The position numbers and the translations under genes are program-made. Under the pieces are notes generated by a model. The model was not told the DNA's origin. It saw nothing but the letters and a program-made list of their open reading frames with translations, and made no database searches. A DNA stretch of 53,406 nucleotides, filler included, from Catajapyx aquilonaris (lineage: Eukaryota): NCBI GenBank assembly GCA_000934665.2. It is 3 parts of 3 records of this genome, joined end to end, with 100 filler letters (N's around TTAATTAATTAA, not from the genome) between each part and the next. Parts side by side here need not be neighbours in the genome. Positions count along the whole stretch, not along the records: positions 1 to 17,676 come from JYFJ02006887.1; 2 more parts are not named here. The stretch is one strand, 5' to 3'. Shown here piece by piece: positions 1 to 13,062 of this stretch (the first letter of the stretch is position 1; every line of letters starts with the position of its first letter).

Positions 1-90
1 TGGCACTTCAAATTTAAAAATAAACAAGTTGGGGGGGGGGGCGCATTTCTTCTTCGGGCTTGGGGCGCAAAAAACCTTAATGCGGCCCTG
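1..90. mobile_element. Right end of a hAT-like MITE (terminus ...TTAATGCGGCCCTG) abutting a SINE head fragment
   Basis: CTG terminus (CAGGGCCGCATTAA on the minus strand) preceded by a poly-G tract; the left end is outside the window. Confidence 0.4.
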
Positions 91-123
91 CGCGCACGTT
101 ACCGCGGCGCCACTACGTCTCCC
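91..123 (-). mobile_element. 5' fragment of tRNA-derived SINE family A
   Basis: CGCGCACGTTACCGCGGCGCCACTACGTCTCCC is nearly identical to 9451-9483. Confidence 0.7.
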
Positions 124-1268
124 TCCAAAAAGTTAATTATCAATATGCACAACTTTTTCGTAAATGTGTCCAAAAGAATGGGGGTTGTAAAAATGTAGAT
201 AGGTGATGGTGTCCCCCCAAGAGGCTTTTTACCCTACAATCAGGGTAAGGAAAATAAATATTTAAAAAATGTGGTTACAACAATACATTCAGAGATGGCT
301 TGCGGGAGCGTGCGACCAAGGGACCGCGGCCGTGACCGGTGAGCAGAGCGTTGTGGATTCTGGAACATCGCCAAATAAACACATCCGTAAAATCTCCTTC
401 AAGTCTCTCTAACTCCTGGCACAGAAAATGCCAGGAGAGTGAATATTATTTCCGCGAGTTTGGGAGCCAGAAGAATGACCTTTGGATTCATTAGGATTAA
501 TAGCACGGTCCAGAACAAACGTTGACTATGGAAATTTCTGTGGGTTCATGACATCCCTTCATGCCATGGAATCACAGTTATTTCAAAACATTTAAGCTAT
601 TATGTGACACAGAAAAATGAGCCAGGAGCGTGAATCCAAAATGTGCCACATGACTGAAATTAAAACGCCTTAATTTTTTAACCCACTAGAAGACGTACCC
701 CCTGCACATCAATTTGTAGTTAAAATAATCAAGGTGTCATGGAGAAGCAGTGTTGCCAAATAACTGAGTAAAAATACCTTTGTTTCACTGCAAATTTTAA
801 AATAATATCCGGATAAAGGAGAGAAACATGAAAACTCGGGACAGCAAGGTCATGTCAAATGAATAAATCGTTTTTAAAAATGTTGTTTTATATCTTCAAC
901 TATGTACAATTCAATTATAGTAATGAAGCTTGTCTTATTTTTATCATAAAATTGTAAGAAAATATAGCATGCTTTAAATTGAGATCGGGACATGCCAATA
1001 ATAGTGATTTTAGGCCCTTAGACATTTTTTGGAGTAAAACTGATTTTGATATTTTTTTTGTTTTCATGGGGATGGCTAGGTGTCAACTGCTTCTACAAAT
1101 GTTTAAAAAATCAACTCTCTCAGTCAAGCCATTTTTGAGTTCTTATGCCGGGACATGGTATTGGTAAGTTTTTGGAGAATCATCCATATCCTACGTAGAA
1201 GCAACAGTTATTACAAGAACGGTTCCCTGCAGAATAACTGAAGGTTAAGAGTGGATATTCCATTTCGG

Positions 1269-1577
1269 ATGAAGTAATTGATCAGACGAATGTCAGGGCC
1301 TCCCATGGAGATAACTGCTGATAGTTACTTCACCATCAATCGCGCCCTATTGACCGTATGTTGGGGTGTTGTTGAACTTATATGTTTCTATTAATTTGTT
1401 CACAGCTCTCACATAATTATGATCTCACTCTATGTAGGTGGCAGGGGCTGTGAGCTGATAGTACTGCCTCAGTTCAACGTGGCTGACAACACAAAGCAAC
1501 TAAGCATTGCATCATCGACCACTACTACTAGTGCAACAAACGCAGTTACTGATGTGACTCCGTATGAATCGACATAG
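1269..1577 (+). pseudogene. Gustatory receptor 3' relic (last two exons only)
   Basis: Homologous to exons 3-4 of the downstream GRs. The acceptor is mutated (CAG>CGG at 1266-1268), there is an in-frame TAA at 1275-1277, and a deletion removes the TTY of the TYhhhhhQF motif. Confidence 0.85.
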
Positions 1578-1947
1578 ATATAGAAACGCAAGAAAAAATC
1601 GACTGGATGAATTACTTCAGTATACGTCACAATCTTTATATTATGTCAGGAAATTATCATAAGAAGGCAAACATATTATGCAACAAGGTTCTTACGTTGT
1701 GAAATAGTTCTGTTGTATCGATTATCATTATTTGTTTTGGCTGCACGACCTATACTCATTGGGCTCTATGACATCAATGATGTCGAAGGAATGACATGTT
1801 GTCACCTGACACGCCAATCGCCTGATCCCTGATGTAGTCAGTTAATAGGAAGAAACAGTAAGACGCTACCTGGCCCATATAACAGTGGGAAAGCACAAAG
1901 CACTCGGACGTTATTCTGGACGTTGGCAACTAGATTTACCAATCTGA

Positions 1948-2569
1948 CAAGTGAAGGTCACGGGGTGATAATGTCGGATCTTGATGAAATTGGACATGCT
2001 AATACAGGACAATATATGATGCCCAAAAATGAAATATTTCGTGCTGACGTCCATATTTGCAAAAGTTATGACGTCTTAAAGTTCCAAAAATAATACATTT
2101 TCAATTTTTCATACTCCATGGAATTACATTAGCGACCACATATAATGACATTGAAGTGTGTAATCAGTTTCTAGACCTTTTCTCGTCGGAAAAAAGTACT
2201 ACAGAACTGCTCTGGCCGTCCGTCCGTCCGTCTGTGGACAGGTATAAAGGCCTAAACCGTAAGAGATAGCGACAAACGGTTTTCATATTCGGATTGAGAG
2301 TGACCAAAATAGGTTTCATGGTCAACTTCTGGTGACCCGCCACTTCCGGTCTAGAAACTGATTACACACTTCAATGTCATTACATGTGGTCGCTAATGTA
2401 ATCCCATGGAGTATGAAAATGTATTATATTTGGAACTTTAAGACGTCATAACTTTTGCAAAAATGGACGTCAGCACGAAATATTTCATTGTTGGGCATCA
2501 TATATTGTCCTGTATTAGCATGTCCAATTTCATCAAGATCCGTCATTATCACCCCGTGACCTTCCCTTG
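1948..2569. mobile_element. Fold-back MITE with ~230-bp inverted arms, inserted just upstream of the GR1 start
   Basis: Arms ~1948-2177 and ~2348-2569 are reverse complements (CAAGTGAAGGTCACGGGG...CCCCGTGACCTTCCCTTG). Flanks TGA/TAA; paralogous GR promoters show the empty site (e.g. AATCTGAGCTCATGAAAATG). Confidence 0.9.
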
Positions 2570-2582
2570 TAAGTTTATTAAA

Positions 2583-4299
2583 ATGACAAATAGAGTAATT
2601 TCGGTGGAGGAAGGGAGACAACCGAAAGGTCAAAGTGCATTCTGGGAAATGTTGAGACCAGTGGCCATCTTGTCAGTGGATGGAGGAATTGCTCCTTTTC
2701 CTTGGCCCAAGAATGAAGAAGACTTGAGGGGAAAGTGGTACAGACGGTGGCCAACAATGCTGCATTTTCATATTCTTGGCTTTTACATCATCATGCTCGT
2801 CTGTTATGCAGACAATTGGACAGTTAAAGATCAACATATAAATCAAACACGACGAATAGCTGGCTACATTATAAATTCCGACATATTTTTTGGTGCTTGG
2901 ATAAACTTCATTCTGGTCCAAACGAAGGTCACCAGGATTTGGAAATTGGTCATCCGCTTCTCAAATCAAGAAGTGACATATGACAAGAGAAAGTTGCATA
3001 TATATTCCGTGCTGCTGGTTGTTGCTTGCGTGCTTATTCCATTAATAACATTCTCTTATATCATAACCATTTACGCACTTGTGGGGGTCTTACTTGAGAC
3101 AATCCCCTTGTTTACAGAATTCGTGCTGTATCATTGTGTTTTTTTATTGTTCGTGTTGCTTTCACAATTAATATTCTTAGTACTTGTCCACCTGTCGCGT
3201 ATGCAATATTTCAATAGTCAAATCATCGAAATCTGCAATTACCTCCAAACAAATGCAACTGATGGCCAGCTCGATGAGAGAATTATGAAGTCCACAAGTG
3301 ATTGTGTCCATCTTTTCCATGAGTTGAATACTTTGGTAAACATCATCAACAGTATTTATGGCACACTGATTTTGAACATTTTCTTGACATTTATTATTTG
3401 GTTGACCACATCCTGCTTCTTTTTATTTTTGAGGGCATCGATTATACCAACTATTGTGTTAGTGTTTTGGATCCTCAATATTTGTACGCTGATCGTTGAT
3501 ATCACCCGGAGCTGCATTAGCCATCATTCTGGGAGCCATACCAAGACAGGCAAGTTGAAGAGCACATCATTATATCACTCTACATGCACACTTTGCATGT
3601 AGAGTAATATAATACTGTACCGAGTGCAGATCATAACGATTACTCTATCCGTTACAAAATTTATTCACATTTTTTGTCACAAAGTAACCCAGCAATTAGG
3701 GGGTGACTTTGTGACATTGTGAGATTTGTGACTTTGTGATACACCTAATTGATAATAACTATATTTAGTATTACGTATTTTTATTACGCTTTTTAGAGCA
3801 GGAAGTCCTTGCCCGACCTCGTCCATACATATCGTCAAGTAGATAACCCACGCGTCAAAGCAGACGTAAGTACATATAGAACATGCCACATATCATGCAT
3901 GTGTAATGACATACTGTACATCTTAAATGCAATAGTTATTACTCTTAAGAATAACTGCATCTTAACAGGGGAATTTCATTTCAGATGGAATCACTAATTA
4001 GAAGGATGACAGAGACTCCCATGGAGATAACTGCTGCTAGTTACTTCAAGGTCAATCGCGCCCTATTGACCTCGGTGTGTTGGGCTGTAGATGAACTTGT
4101 TTCCATTCATCTGTTCATAGCTCTGACAAAAATTATGACCTCACTCTTCGCAGGTAGCAGGGCTGTGACCACATACCTGATAGTACTGGCTCAGTTCAAC
4201 ATGGCTGACAACACAAAGCAGCTAACCAATGCATCATCGATCACTACTACTATTGTAACAAACGCAGCTACTGATGTGACTACATATGAATCGACATAG
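2583..4299 (+). pseudogene. Gustatory receptor GR1, frameshifted (exons 2583-3549, 3797-3865, 3985-4074, 4154-4299)
   Basis: Paralog of GR2/GR3 with a 7TM profile and TTYLIVLAQF. It carries a 7-bp insertion at 3492-3498, a 1-bp deletion at the start of exon 4 (GTAGCAGGGCTGTG vs GTGGCAGGAGCTGTG) and a GC donor at 3550. Confidence 0.8.
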
Positions 4300-4702
4300 A
4301 TGGAAACGCAAGACAAGGCACCGAATCTACTGGAAGAAACACTTCCGTCTAAGCCACAATCTTCATTTACTCGTATATTGTTTCAGGGAATTATCATAAG
4401 AAGGCAATCGCATTATGCAACGAGGTTATTACTTTGTGAAATAGTTCTGTGGTATTTATTACATTCAGATTTTGCTGCACGTACTCTATGATGTGACTGA
4501 CATTAATGAAGTCGAAGGAATTGCGTAAGGCCTAGACCTTGGTCTAGGTGTTGTCACCTGACGCGTCAATCGCCTGATGTATTCAGTCAATATGAAAAAC
4601 AATAAGACGACAGTTGGTGATATAACAGTGGAGAAGTACAAGGTACGCCGACGTTATTCTATAGGAGTCGGTCACTGGATTTGCCAAACTGAGATTATTA
4701 AA

Positions 4703-6184
4703 ATGACGAATGCCGTGATTTCGGTGGAAGAAGCGAGACAACCGAAAGGTCAAAGTTCATTCTGGGAAGTGTTGCGACCAGTGGCCATCTTGTCAGTAGT
4801 TGGAGGAATCGCTCCTTTTCCTTGGCCCAAGAATGAAGAAGACTTGAGGGGAAAGTGGTACAGACGGTGGCCAACAATGGTGCATTTTCTTATTCTCGGC
4901 TTTTACATCACTATATTCATCTATTATACGCCGCACCACTGGACAGATAGCAATCATTTCATAAATCAAACACAAAGAATAGCTGCCTACATTATAGATT
5001 CTGTAATATTTGGTGGCGCATGGATAAGTTTCATATTGGTTCAACCCAAAGTCACCCAGATTTGGAAACTGATAATCCGCTTTTCTAATCTGGAAATGAC
5101 AAGGAGTGACAAGAGAAAGCTGCGAATTCATTCTCTGATACTGGTTGTCGCTTGTTTCCTCAATCCTTTAATAACATTTTCTTTTGCGATAATTTTTCGC
5201 ACAGGTAGAGGAGATTTATTTGAGACGTTCCCCTTGGTGGAAATATTAGTGTTGTATCATTGTACTTTCTTATTGGTCGTGATTGTTGCACAATTAATGT
5301 TCTTAGTCCTTGTCCACATGTCGCGTCTGCAATATTTCAACAGTCAAATTATCAAAATATGTAACTACATCATTACAAATGCAATCGATGACAAAGCTAA
5401 TGAAATAATTATGAGGTCAGCAAGTGATTTGGTGGATCTTTACCATGAGTTGAGTGCTTTGGTGGACATCATGAACAGTGTTTATGGCGTACTACTTTTG
5501 AACATTTTCCTGACATTTTTCATTTGGTTGACCACATCCTGCTTCTTTTTCTTTTTGTGTGCATCGATATTACCCACTATTGTGACAGTGTTTCGTTTCC
5601 TCAGCATTTGCACCCAGGTATTATCCGGAGTTGCATTATCTATCATTTTGGGAGCCATACAGAGAGAGGTAAGATAACATAGAGTAGCCTATCTATATGC
5701 GCACTTTACATCCACAAAATATTTTTTAGAGCACGAAGTCCTTGCCTGATCTCATCCATGCATATCCTGAAGTTGTCAACCAACGCATTAAAGGCAAAGT
5801 AAGTGCCATTGAACAACGGTTCAACGGCGTATTGTACTGGACATGCTACAAGCCACCGTTATTACAAGACGGGTGACATTAACTGGGGACATTCCATTTC
5901 AGTTGAAGTCATTGATTAGAAGAATGTCCGGGCTTCCCATGGAAATAACTGCTGCCAGTTTCTTCAAGGTCAATCGTTCCCTATTGACCTCGGTATGGCT
6001 GTAATTCAATTTGTTTCCATTAATATGTTCACAGCTCTGACATAATATGATTTCACTCTATGCATTGCAGGTGGCAGGAGCTGTGACCACATACCTGATA
6101 GTACTGGCTCAGTTCAACGTGGCTGACAACCCAAAGCACGTAGCCACAACAACATCGGTCACTACAAGTATAACTACGCAGTAA
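4703..6184 (+). CDS. Gustatory receptor GR2 (7tm_7 chemoreceptor), ~412 aa; exons 4703-5668, 5730-5798, 5903-5992, 6071-6184
   Basis: Long hydrophobic first exon, three phase-0 GT-AG introns near the C-terminus with a 90-bp penultimate exon (ITAASFFKVNRSLLTS) and the TM7 motif TYLIVLAQF; open throughout. Confidence 0.9.
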
Positions 6185-6682
6185 CTGTTATTCCTCCCGT
6201 ATGAATTAACAGATAAAAAATGCAAGAAAAATAGCATAGCTGTAATAATTGATATCAACATGTTTAGTTTTTTTTAGGCAAGAGGTTTAGTATATTATTA
6301 CATTTTAAAATAGGAAGAATTGCTTCAGTCTCCGCCGACAAAGCTTTACATTCTGTTAGAAAAGTTTCATAAGAAGTAAGTGGCATTATGCAACAAGCCC
6401 CTTACAGAGTATTAGTTATGTCATATTTATTACCTGTTGTTTTGGCTGCACGAACTCATTGGGCGCGGTTGTCTCCATGATGTGATTGACACGATATTAT
6501 CAAGTCTAGAGAATGACACGTTGTCTAGAACTTGGTCTAGGTGTGGTCACCTGCCACGACAAGCACATGATGTATTCATTCACTGTGAAGAAACAGTAAG
6601 GCGCCAGTTGGTGATGTAACAGTGGAGAAAGACAAAGCAAGACGACGTTGGTCACTGGATTTGCAAATCTGAGCTCATGAAA

Positions 6683-8171
6683 ATGACGAATACTGTGATT
6701 TCGGTGGAAGAAGTGAGGCAAACGAAAGGTCAAAGTTCATTTTGGGAAGTGTTCAAACCAGTGGCCATCCTGTCAGTGGTCGGAGGCATCGCTCCTTTTC
6801 CGTGGCCCAAGAAAGAGGAAGACTTAAGGCGGAACAAGTGGTACAGACGATGGCCAACAATGGTGCACTTGCTTTTACTCGGCTTTTACATCACTATATT
6901 CGTCTGTTTCCCCCCGGATGAATGGACAGATCCCAATTCACATATAAATGAAACACGAAGAATAACTAGTTATATTATAGATGCCGCAATTATTGGTGGT
7001 TCGTGGATCATCTTCATCCTGGTTCAAGCCAAGGTTTCTCAGATTTGGAAACTGATAATCCGGTTCTCAAAGCAAGGGGTGACAAATGAGAAGAAAAAGC
7101 TGAGATTATATTCTATGCTACTGGTTGTTGCTTGCTTTCTGATTCCATTAATAGTATTTTCTTATGTGATAATTTATCGCGCAAGTAAAGGAGAGTTATT
7201 GGAGACGTTCCCCTTGGTGGGACTATTATGTTTGTATCATTCATATTTCTTATTGCTCGTGATCCTTGCACAATTAATGTTCATAGTACTTGTGCACCTG
7301 TCTCATCTGCAATATTTTAATGATCAAATTATCAAAATCTGCAATTACATCCTTACAAACTCAACGGATGACAAAGAGGTTGAAAGAATTATGAGGTCAA
7401 CAAGTGATTGCGTTGATCTTTATCATGAGTTGAGTGTTTTGGTAAACATCATCAACAGTATTTATGGCGTACTACTTTTGAACATTTTCTTAATATTTGT
7501 GATTTGGTTGACCACATCCTGCTTCTTTTTCTTTTTGGTGGGATTTTCGCCGATTTCGTCAGTGTTTTGGTTCCTCAGCATTTGTTTCGTAGCATCATCC
7601 GCAGCTGCAGCAGCTATCATTTTGGGAGCCATACCAAGACAGGTACAGTACAGTCCGCTCTCACCACATAACTACATTTAGTGTTCCTTAATTTCATCGC
7701 AAATTTTAGAGCACAAAGTCCTTGCCCGACCTCATTCATGCTTATCGTCGTGTTGTCAACCCAAACATCAAAGCAGATGTAAGTGCCACAAAACGACGCG
7801 AATTTATAATAATACTGTACATCCCAAAAATATTTAAAAGACGGGTACCCTGCATAATAACCGTACGTTATACCGGTGGACATTCCATTTCAGATGAAGT
7901 CATTGATCAGACGAATGTCAGGGCCTCCCATGGAGATCACTGCTGCTAGTTACTTCACGATCAATCGCGCCCTATTGACCTCGGTATGTATGGGTTTCAG
8001 TTGAACTAATTCTGACCATCTCTGAGATCTGCACTCCCTCTACAGGTGGCAGGGGCTGTGACCACGTACTTGATAGTCCTCAATCAGTTCAACGTGTCTG
8101 AAAACCCAGATCACGTGGCCACTACAACATCAGGCAGTATAACAAACGCAGTCACTTACGTGACTCCGTAG
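6683..8171 (+). CDS. Gustatory receptor GR3, ~414 aa; exons 6683-7642, 7710-7778, 7894-7983, 8046-8171 (alternative ATG 6677)
   Basis: Same exon structure as GR2, motif TYLIVLNQF, canonical splice sites, no stops. Confidence 0.9.
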
Positions 8172-8581
8172 AAATCAGCATGGATGTAAAAACAGTGTCT
8201 TCACAAACTTAATGTCATTTTCTTCTCTTATGCCTGATGTGCATTAACCTAATGTGTCTCTGTAATAATTTAATAATCACCAAATTTGGTAAATGACGCA
8301 AGATATGTCACCTTGCAAATGTGGAGTGGTCTGACACACTATTTTGCTATATATTCGATTGATATGCAGAAATATTAAGAAGGTGCCTTGCAGATCAATG
8401 AGGGTCACTCTCTGTACCTGCAGGATGGTACAGTATTGGCTATAATAATTGACGGGGTTATACCAGACCATGTAGCCCCAGCATACACCCCGGGCCCCAG
8501 ATGGGGATGTGAATGCTGTGTAAATAATCCTAAGAGTGTGGCGCACACTGCCGAGTGATTATTAATTATATACGGTTATCG

Positions 8582-8789
8582 CATGACGTAGCCAGGATTC
8601 CAGTTCGGGGGGCATAAACCTAAAGTGCGGGGGAGGAGGCCCGCCGCATGCGAAATTTTTTTGGGTTCAAGGTCTCACTTTTTCCCAAAAAAATCAAGAA
8701 TTAGTAATTATTTGAGAACATGATTTTTTGAAAACACGATTTTAAAAAATCCACAAGAGTTCGCCCCCCCCCCCCTGGCTACGTCACTG
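8582..8789. mobile_element. hAT-type MITE
   Basis: TIRs CA(G)TGACGTAGCCAGG / CCTGGCTACGTCACTG; 8-bp TSD GGTTATCG/GGTTATGG. Confidence 0.75.
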
Positions 8790-9012
8790 GGTTATGGTAA
8801 TATTATTATTACAATATCAAGTAAATGAATATGAAGTTTTCCATCCAATCAAGGCAGACAGCATCACAATCCAAGTATTAAAAATCTTTCATATCATGAA
8901 TTTTTTTTTCTTAATAAATATAATTATGACAGACAACTGTAAACACATTAATAATTCTGATACAATTCGCACTTTTCGTGAAGGAGTGAAGATGTCCCAG
9001 ATTCATTTTGGT

Positions 9013-9170
<158 letters not shown>

Positions 9171-9484
9171 GGGTTAGTGCTCACCCAGAGGGTATTTGCA
9201 CGGACCTTTATTTCAATCGAAGTATACATGGTGCCATATTCGAAGCGCCCGGGCCCACGGGCAGGATGACAGGAGGGGATGTGCAAGTGCAGTGCAGTAA
9301 CGGTGCTTGGTCGTTTTGTGAACTCCCCCGGGTGGTTTAGTCTGTGAATATACCACCCGAGACGAAGCCAGAGACGACGCCAGAACTCTGCACGAGATGA
9401 AGGGGGTGTCCCCGGGCTGGGATCGAACCCGGGAACTTAACATCCGTGGGCGCGCACGTTACCGCGGCGCCACTCCGTCTCCCC
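9171..9484 (-). mobile_element. tRNA-derived SINE family A, full length
   Basis: Minus-strand head GGGGAGACGGAGTGGCGCCGCGG (A box)...GGTTCGATCCC (B box), (CAA)n tail; further copies at 91-123 and 25248-25441. Confidence 0.85.
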
Positions 9485-11228
9485 ATTTGTGGAAGTAATA
9501 GTTGACTGGAAATAATTTGTTTAAAAATTAAGCCTGGATAATAAAAATACTTTTTTGGACTCACGTTGGATATGAAGATTTTGGTGAATGAGGCTTTAAA
9601 AAAAATATTGATGTAGCCAATAATAATTACTATTGGATGGAAGATTGTTATTTTTATGGAATTAATGTTGCACGTATATGTTTAATTGTGATTTTTCTTT
9701 ATTATTGAGGTTTAATAATTTTTGGTAGGAATGAGTGTTTTGTGTTTTATTCGTGGAAAGTAGTGTTTCGATCAATTGATTTTATTGACTTCGTTTTTGG
9801 AATAGTAGATGGTTTGCATGTTGCATTTGGATTGCAATATGTTGAGTTTGTAGAAATCTTTTGGCATGTGTATTTGAGTGACCAATTCGAGTGTTATAGT
9901 ATGCAGCGTGGCACATCCTGTTTTAATTTATAATTATTATGTTTTATGAAATGTCATTTGCACAGTCGTCAAGCAATCCCCCTCCACCTGGACGAACTAA
10001 AATAATTCATAAATCACGATCAAGCACTTTCTTCAAATGTAATTAACTCTTGTTGTCAATATGAAATGGTTAAGTGTTCCTGTAACACCAACAGGACACA
10101 ATACTGTGCTAATAAATTCCTGCTTTTCATGTTTCCTTGGATTTCTTATCTCTTATGTCTTGGTTAGCTGGGAGTGAGTACCGTTGGATGTGCATTGTGC
10201 TGCGTGCCGGTCTGTGCTTCCTATAGGGTCACTGTGCGTAACCACGAATGGGGTTTGTGTCTATTTGTGCTAAACTGGTTTCTCTTTCAAATATGGATAC
10301 CATGCAAAGATTATTTTTTCTGGGGGTTTTCAGTGTCTCTTTTGGGATGTAGTTGCTCTTTGTGGTGGAAATGCTGTATGGTTTTATGTTACCTCAACAG
10401 TACTGTCCTTTGTTGTGGCCTTTCCAGACGCCATGCAGGATTTTGACACTTTTTTAAAACACTTGTTGGTTGACACATTATCCACTATCCAAGTGTATTT
10501 CTTGGTAACGCAGTACTGGCTGTTATTGGCATTTTAAAATACTCTCCTCCCTTGGTATGGATCCCAGATTCAAGGTGAAGTCAACCACTGACGACAAGTT
10601 GACTGTTATGACATGGTCGCAAACACGCCTACTGTCCCCTCTGGTATTGCAATTAGCCAGAAAAAGCATGACAAATGAACCGGGTTCCATTACTTTACAA
10701 CAACTAATGATCTGACTCACGTAGAAAATATTCGCTTCACTTCTTATTGTCGATAATACTAGTGTATTAAAGCCATTAATTTTTGTCAAAGTATTACTTA
10801 ACAGTCAGTACGGGTATTTTTCAAACGAATCAGATACGTTCAAGAAAAGGCGAATTTTGTACAGTGCTAGATATTAATGGTGTCGCACTGTTGGCGCCAT
10901 AGATCCTGGTGGCATGGCGGCAAAAGAGCGAATCGAAGTGATGAATTAGCAACCAATACATCGCATCTATTAGCTCTTTCTCCGCCACAGATACTGTCCC
11001 CACTGTCACCATTAATGTCCAGCATTACAGCCATAGCCGATATGTAGCAGCTGTGTCCTTCTTTTTGGAGATTTGGAAGTGGCCACCAACACAACATTAA
11101 ATTACAATATTAGTAAATGAGTAGCGGACATCATGTTGATACCCAAGATATCAATTAAGTGTATACCTGTACTGTCATTGCCGTTGATTCCTTCTACTCA
11201 GGACCTCATACTGGAAAGAGAGCATCCG

Positions 11229-11543
11229 AGTGTCTTCACAAACTTAATGTCATTTTCTTCTCTTATGCTTCATGTGCATTCACCTAATGTGTGTCTGTAA
11301 TAATTATTTAATATTCACCAAATCTGGTGAGGGACGCAAGATATGTCACCTTGCAAATGTGGAGTGGTATGACACGCTATATTGCTGTATATTCGGTCGA
11401 TATGCAGAAATATTAAGAAGGCGCCTTGCAGATATTGGAAAAATGGCAAAGAATCGGGACAGTTTTGTGAAAGTTGTCCATGCCCGTGAGAATGTCGAAT
11501 CGAGTGATTTCGGTGGAGAAACAACGAGAAGGTCAAAGTGCAC
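11229..11543 (+). pseudogene. Duplicated GR intergenic segment plus GR 5' stub (MSNRVISVEKQREGQSA from 11492)
   Basis: 11229-11433 repeats 8194-8395; 11492-11543 matches the GR N-terminus (MTNRVISVEEGRQPKGQSA), then homology stops. Confidence 0.7.
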
Positions 11544-12834
11544 ATGAGTGGGACGCCTACAGCCAAGTATCATTGAACCCTCAAGATGGGAAAGTAATTT
11601 CCAGAGTCCTTCAAGTTACGTTTATTATTTCAATATTTTGCCACCGAAACATCTAATAACGTAACACTGGCTTAGTGCCAAATATCATTAATCAGACTCA
11701 ACTTTGTTTTTGAGGTAACAATGCAGGAGGATGTGGGACGAAGGCGACAATATGACATAGGCTATATGGAAAATTAATCAGGTTGTGGTGTGGATCGGGC
11801 GTGGTCCTTCTTTGTGTCGGAGGAGGGCACGAGATTGGTCACCAGTGGCCATCATTGTTGAGGTGGCGTCAAAGAAGCATTTTTCACCTTCAGGTCACCT
11901 TGCAGGGATTTCTGGCGGTCCTCTTCTTGGTCTCCATCCCCTACGGAAAAGAAAAAGAAAAAAATATAGATCCGTCTCCAAACACTTCCTGCAGCGCCAA
12001 CATTCTCAAATTATTTATGTTCGCTGTTCTTTCAACTATACTGAAGTGTCCTAATCAATTCAGTTGATTTTGACATTAGGCTGGCTATTATCAGAAAGAT
12101 TATTTTAAATGACATCAAGCTGTAATTGGTTGGAATGGAAGCGTCATTTCTTGCCAAAGATTTCAATGCATTAGTGAGCATTTGAGAAAGGGATTACTAA
12201 ACTCAAAATCCAATGAACGCATCCAATAATAATTGTTCATACAGTAGGTTATAATAACCAGTCACATTCACAGTCTCGCACCATTTAAAGGCCACACAGA
12301 GATCATCATGACACAAAGTAACTTACTGATTTATTATACAGTCGACTCCGGATATAAGAGCATTCAAGGTATCTTAATAATGACCAAGGTTTCTTACAGC
12401 CAACTTGCCTTTTTTGCAATGAATGAAAGCTTTTTGCCTGCCGCATGACTATAATATTCATATCACTGCATGTAGTGCATCAATAAAATTATTCACAAAG
12501 AGCGAAATTAGCTCATCCCTGAACTGATTACCCAGAACAAAAAATAATAATCTCGATTTGCCTCTGCCATCTCCTTGTTGGCTAAATTAATACGTATATC
12601 AAGAAAAAGAATTATTTTGACCTTTTCGGAAAGTGTGAAGGAGAGCATTGTATATTACAGTACATTGTATACGAAGTACTACGCCAACTATAGGTGAAAT
12701 GGCAGGATTAATTAGCACCATTACCGACAGATTCTTCCGCCATTTCTCGTAAATTCTCCAACTGCTTTTATTGATAGAAACTGGACTAATTAGGACAAAA
12801 ATATTGTCAATGACCCCTCCCCCCCAATAAATAC

Positions 12835-13062
12835 CTTCAAAAGTCTGACTACATTATCATATCCCTCCTTTTTTGCGAGGTCAAGGGGTGTCTTCCCATG
12901 CTTGTCTCTGGCCGACGTGTCAGCTCCCTTGGACATAAGGAACCGAACCATTTGGGGTTGGTCGAACCATGTCGCATAGTGGAGTGGGGTCTGATTCCCT
13001 CTTCCCTTGTCCTCCACCCCTGCCCCTTTCTCCAGAAGTAACTCCACAACAGGGACACGGCA
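12835..13062 (-). CDS. Ankyrin-repeat exon (~2.5 repeats), probably part of the upstream kinase gene; 5' end lost or unclear
   Basis: VVELLLEKGAGVEDKGRGNQTPLHYA...MVRFLMSKGADTSARDKHGKTPLDLAKKEGYDNVVRLLK, followed by the donor AAG|GTATTT. An in-frame stop lies just upstream and no clear acceptor is seen. Confidence 0.8.

Noticed and set aside
2463..2582. N-terminal 40 aa of the 379-aa ORF as genuine GR sequence
   Set aside because: Almost all of it lies in the MITE arm; paralogs start at MTN.
4531..4560. Hairpin plus TGTCACCTG motif upstream of GRs as a regulatory site
   Set aside because: The whole repeat unit is duplicated, so its recurrence is not evidence of function.
9400..9484. tRNA genes at the A/B-box sequences (also 25370-25441, 34700-34780, 35040-35110)
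   Set aside because: No proper cloverleaf; attached to repeated bodies and tails, so these are SINE heads.
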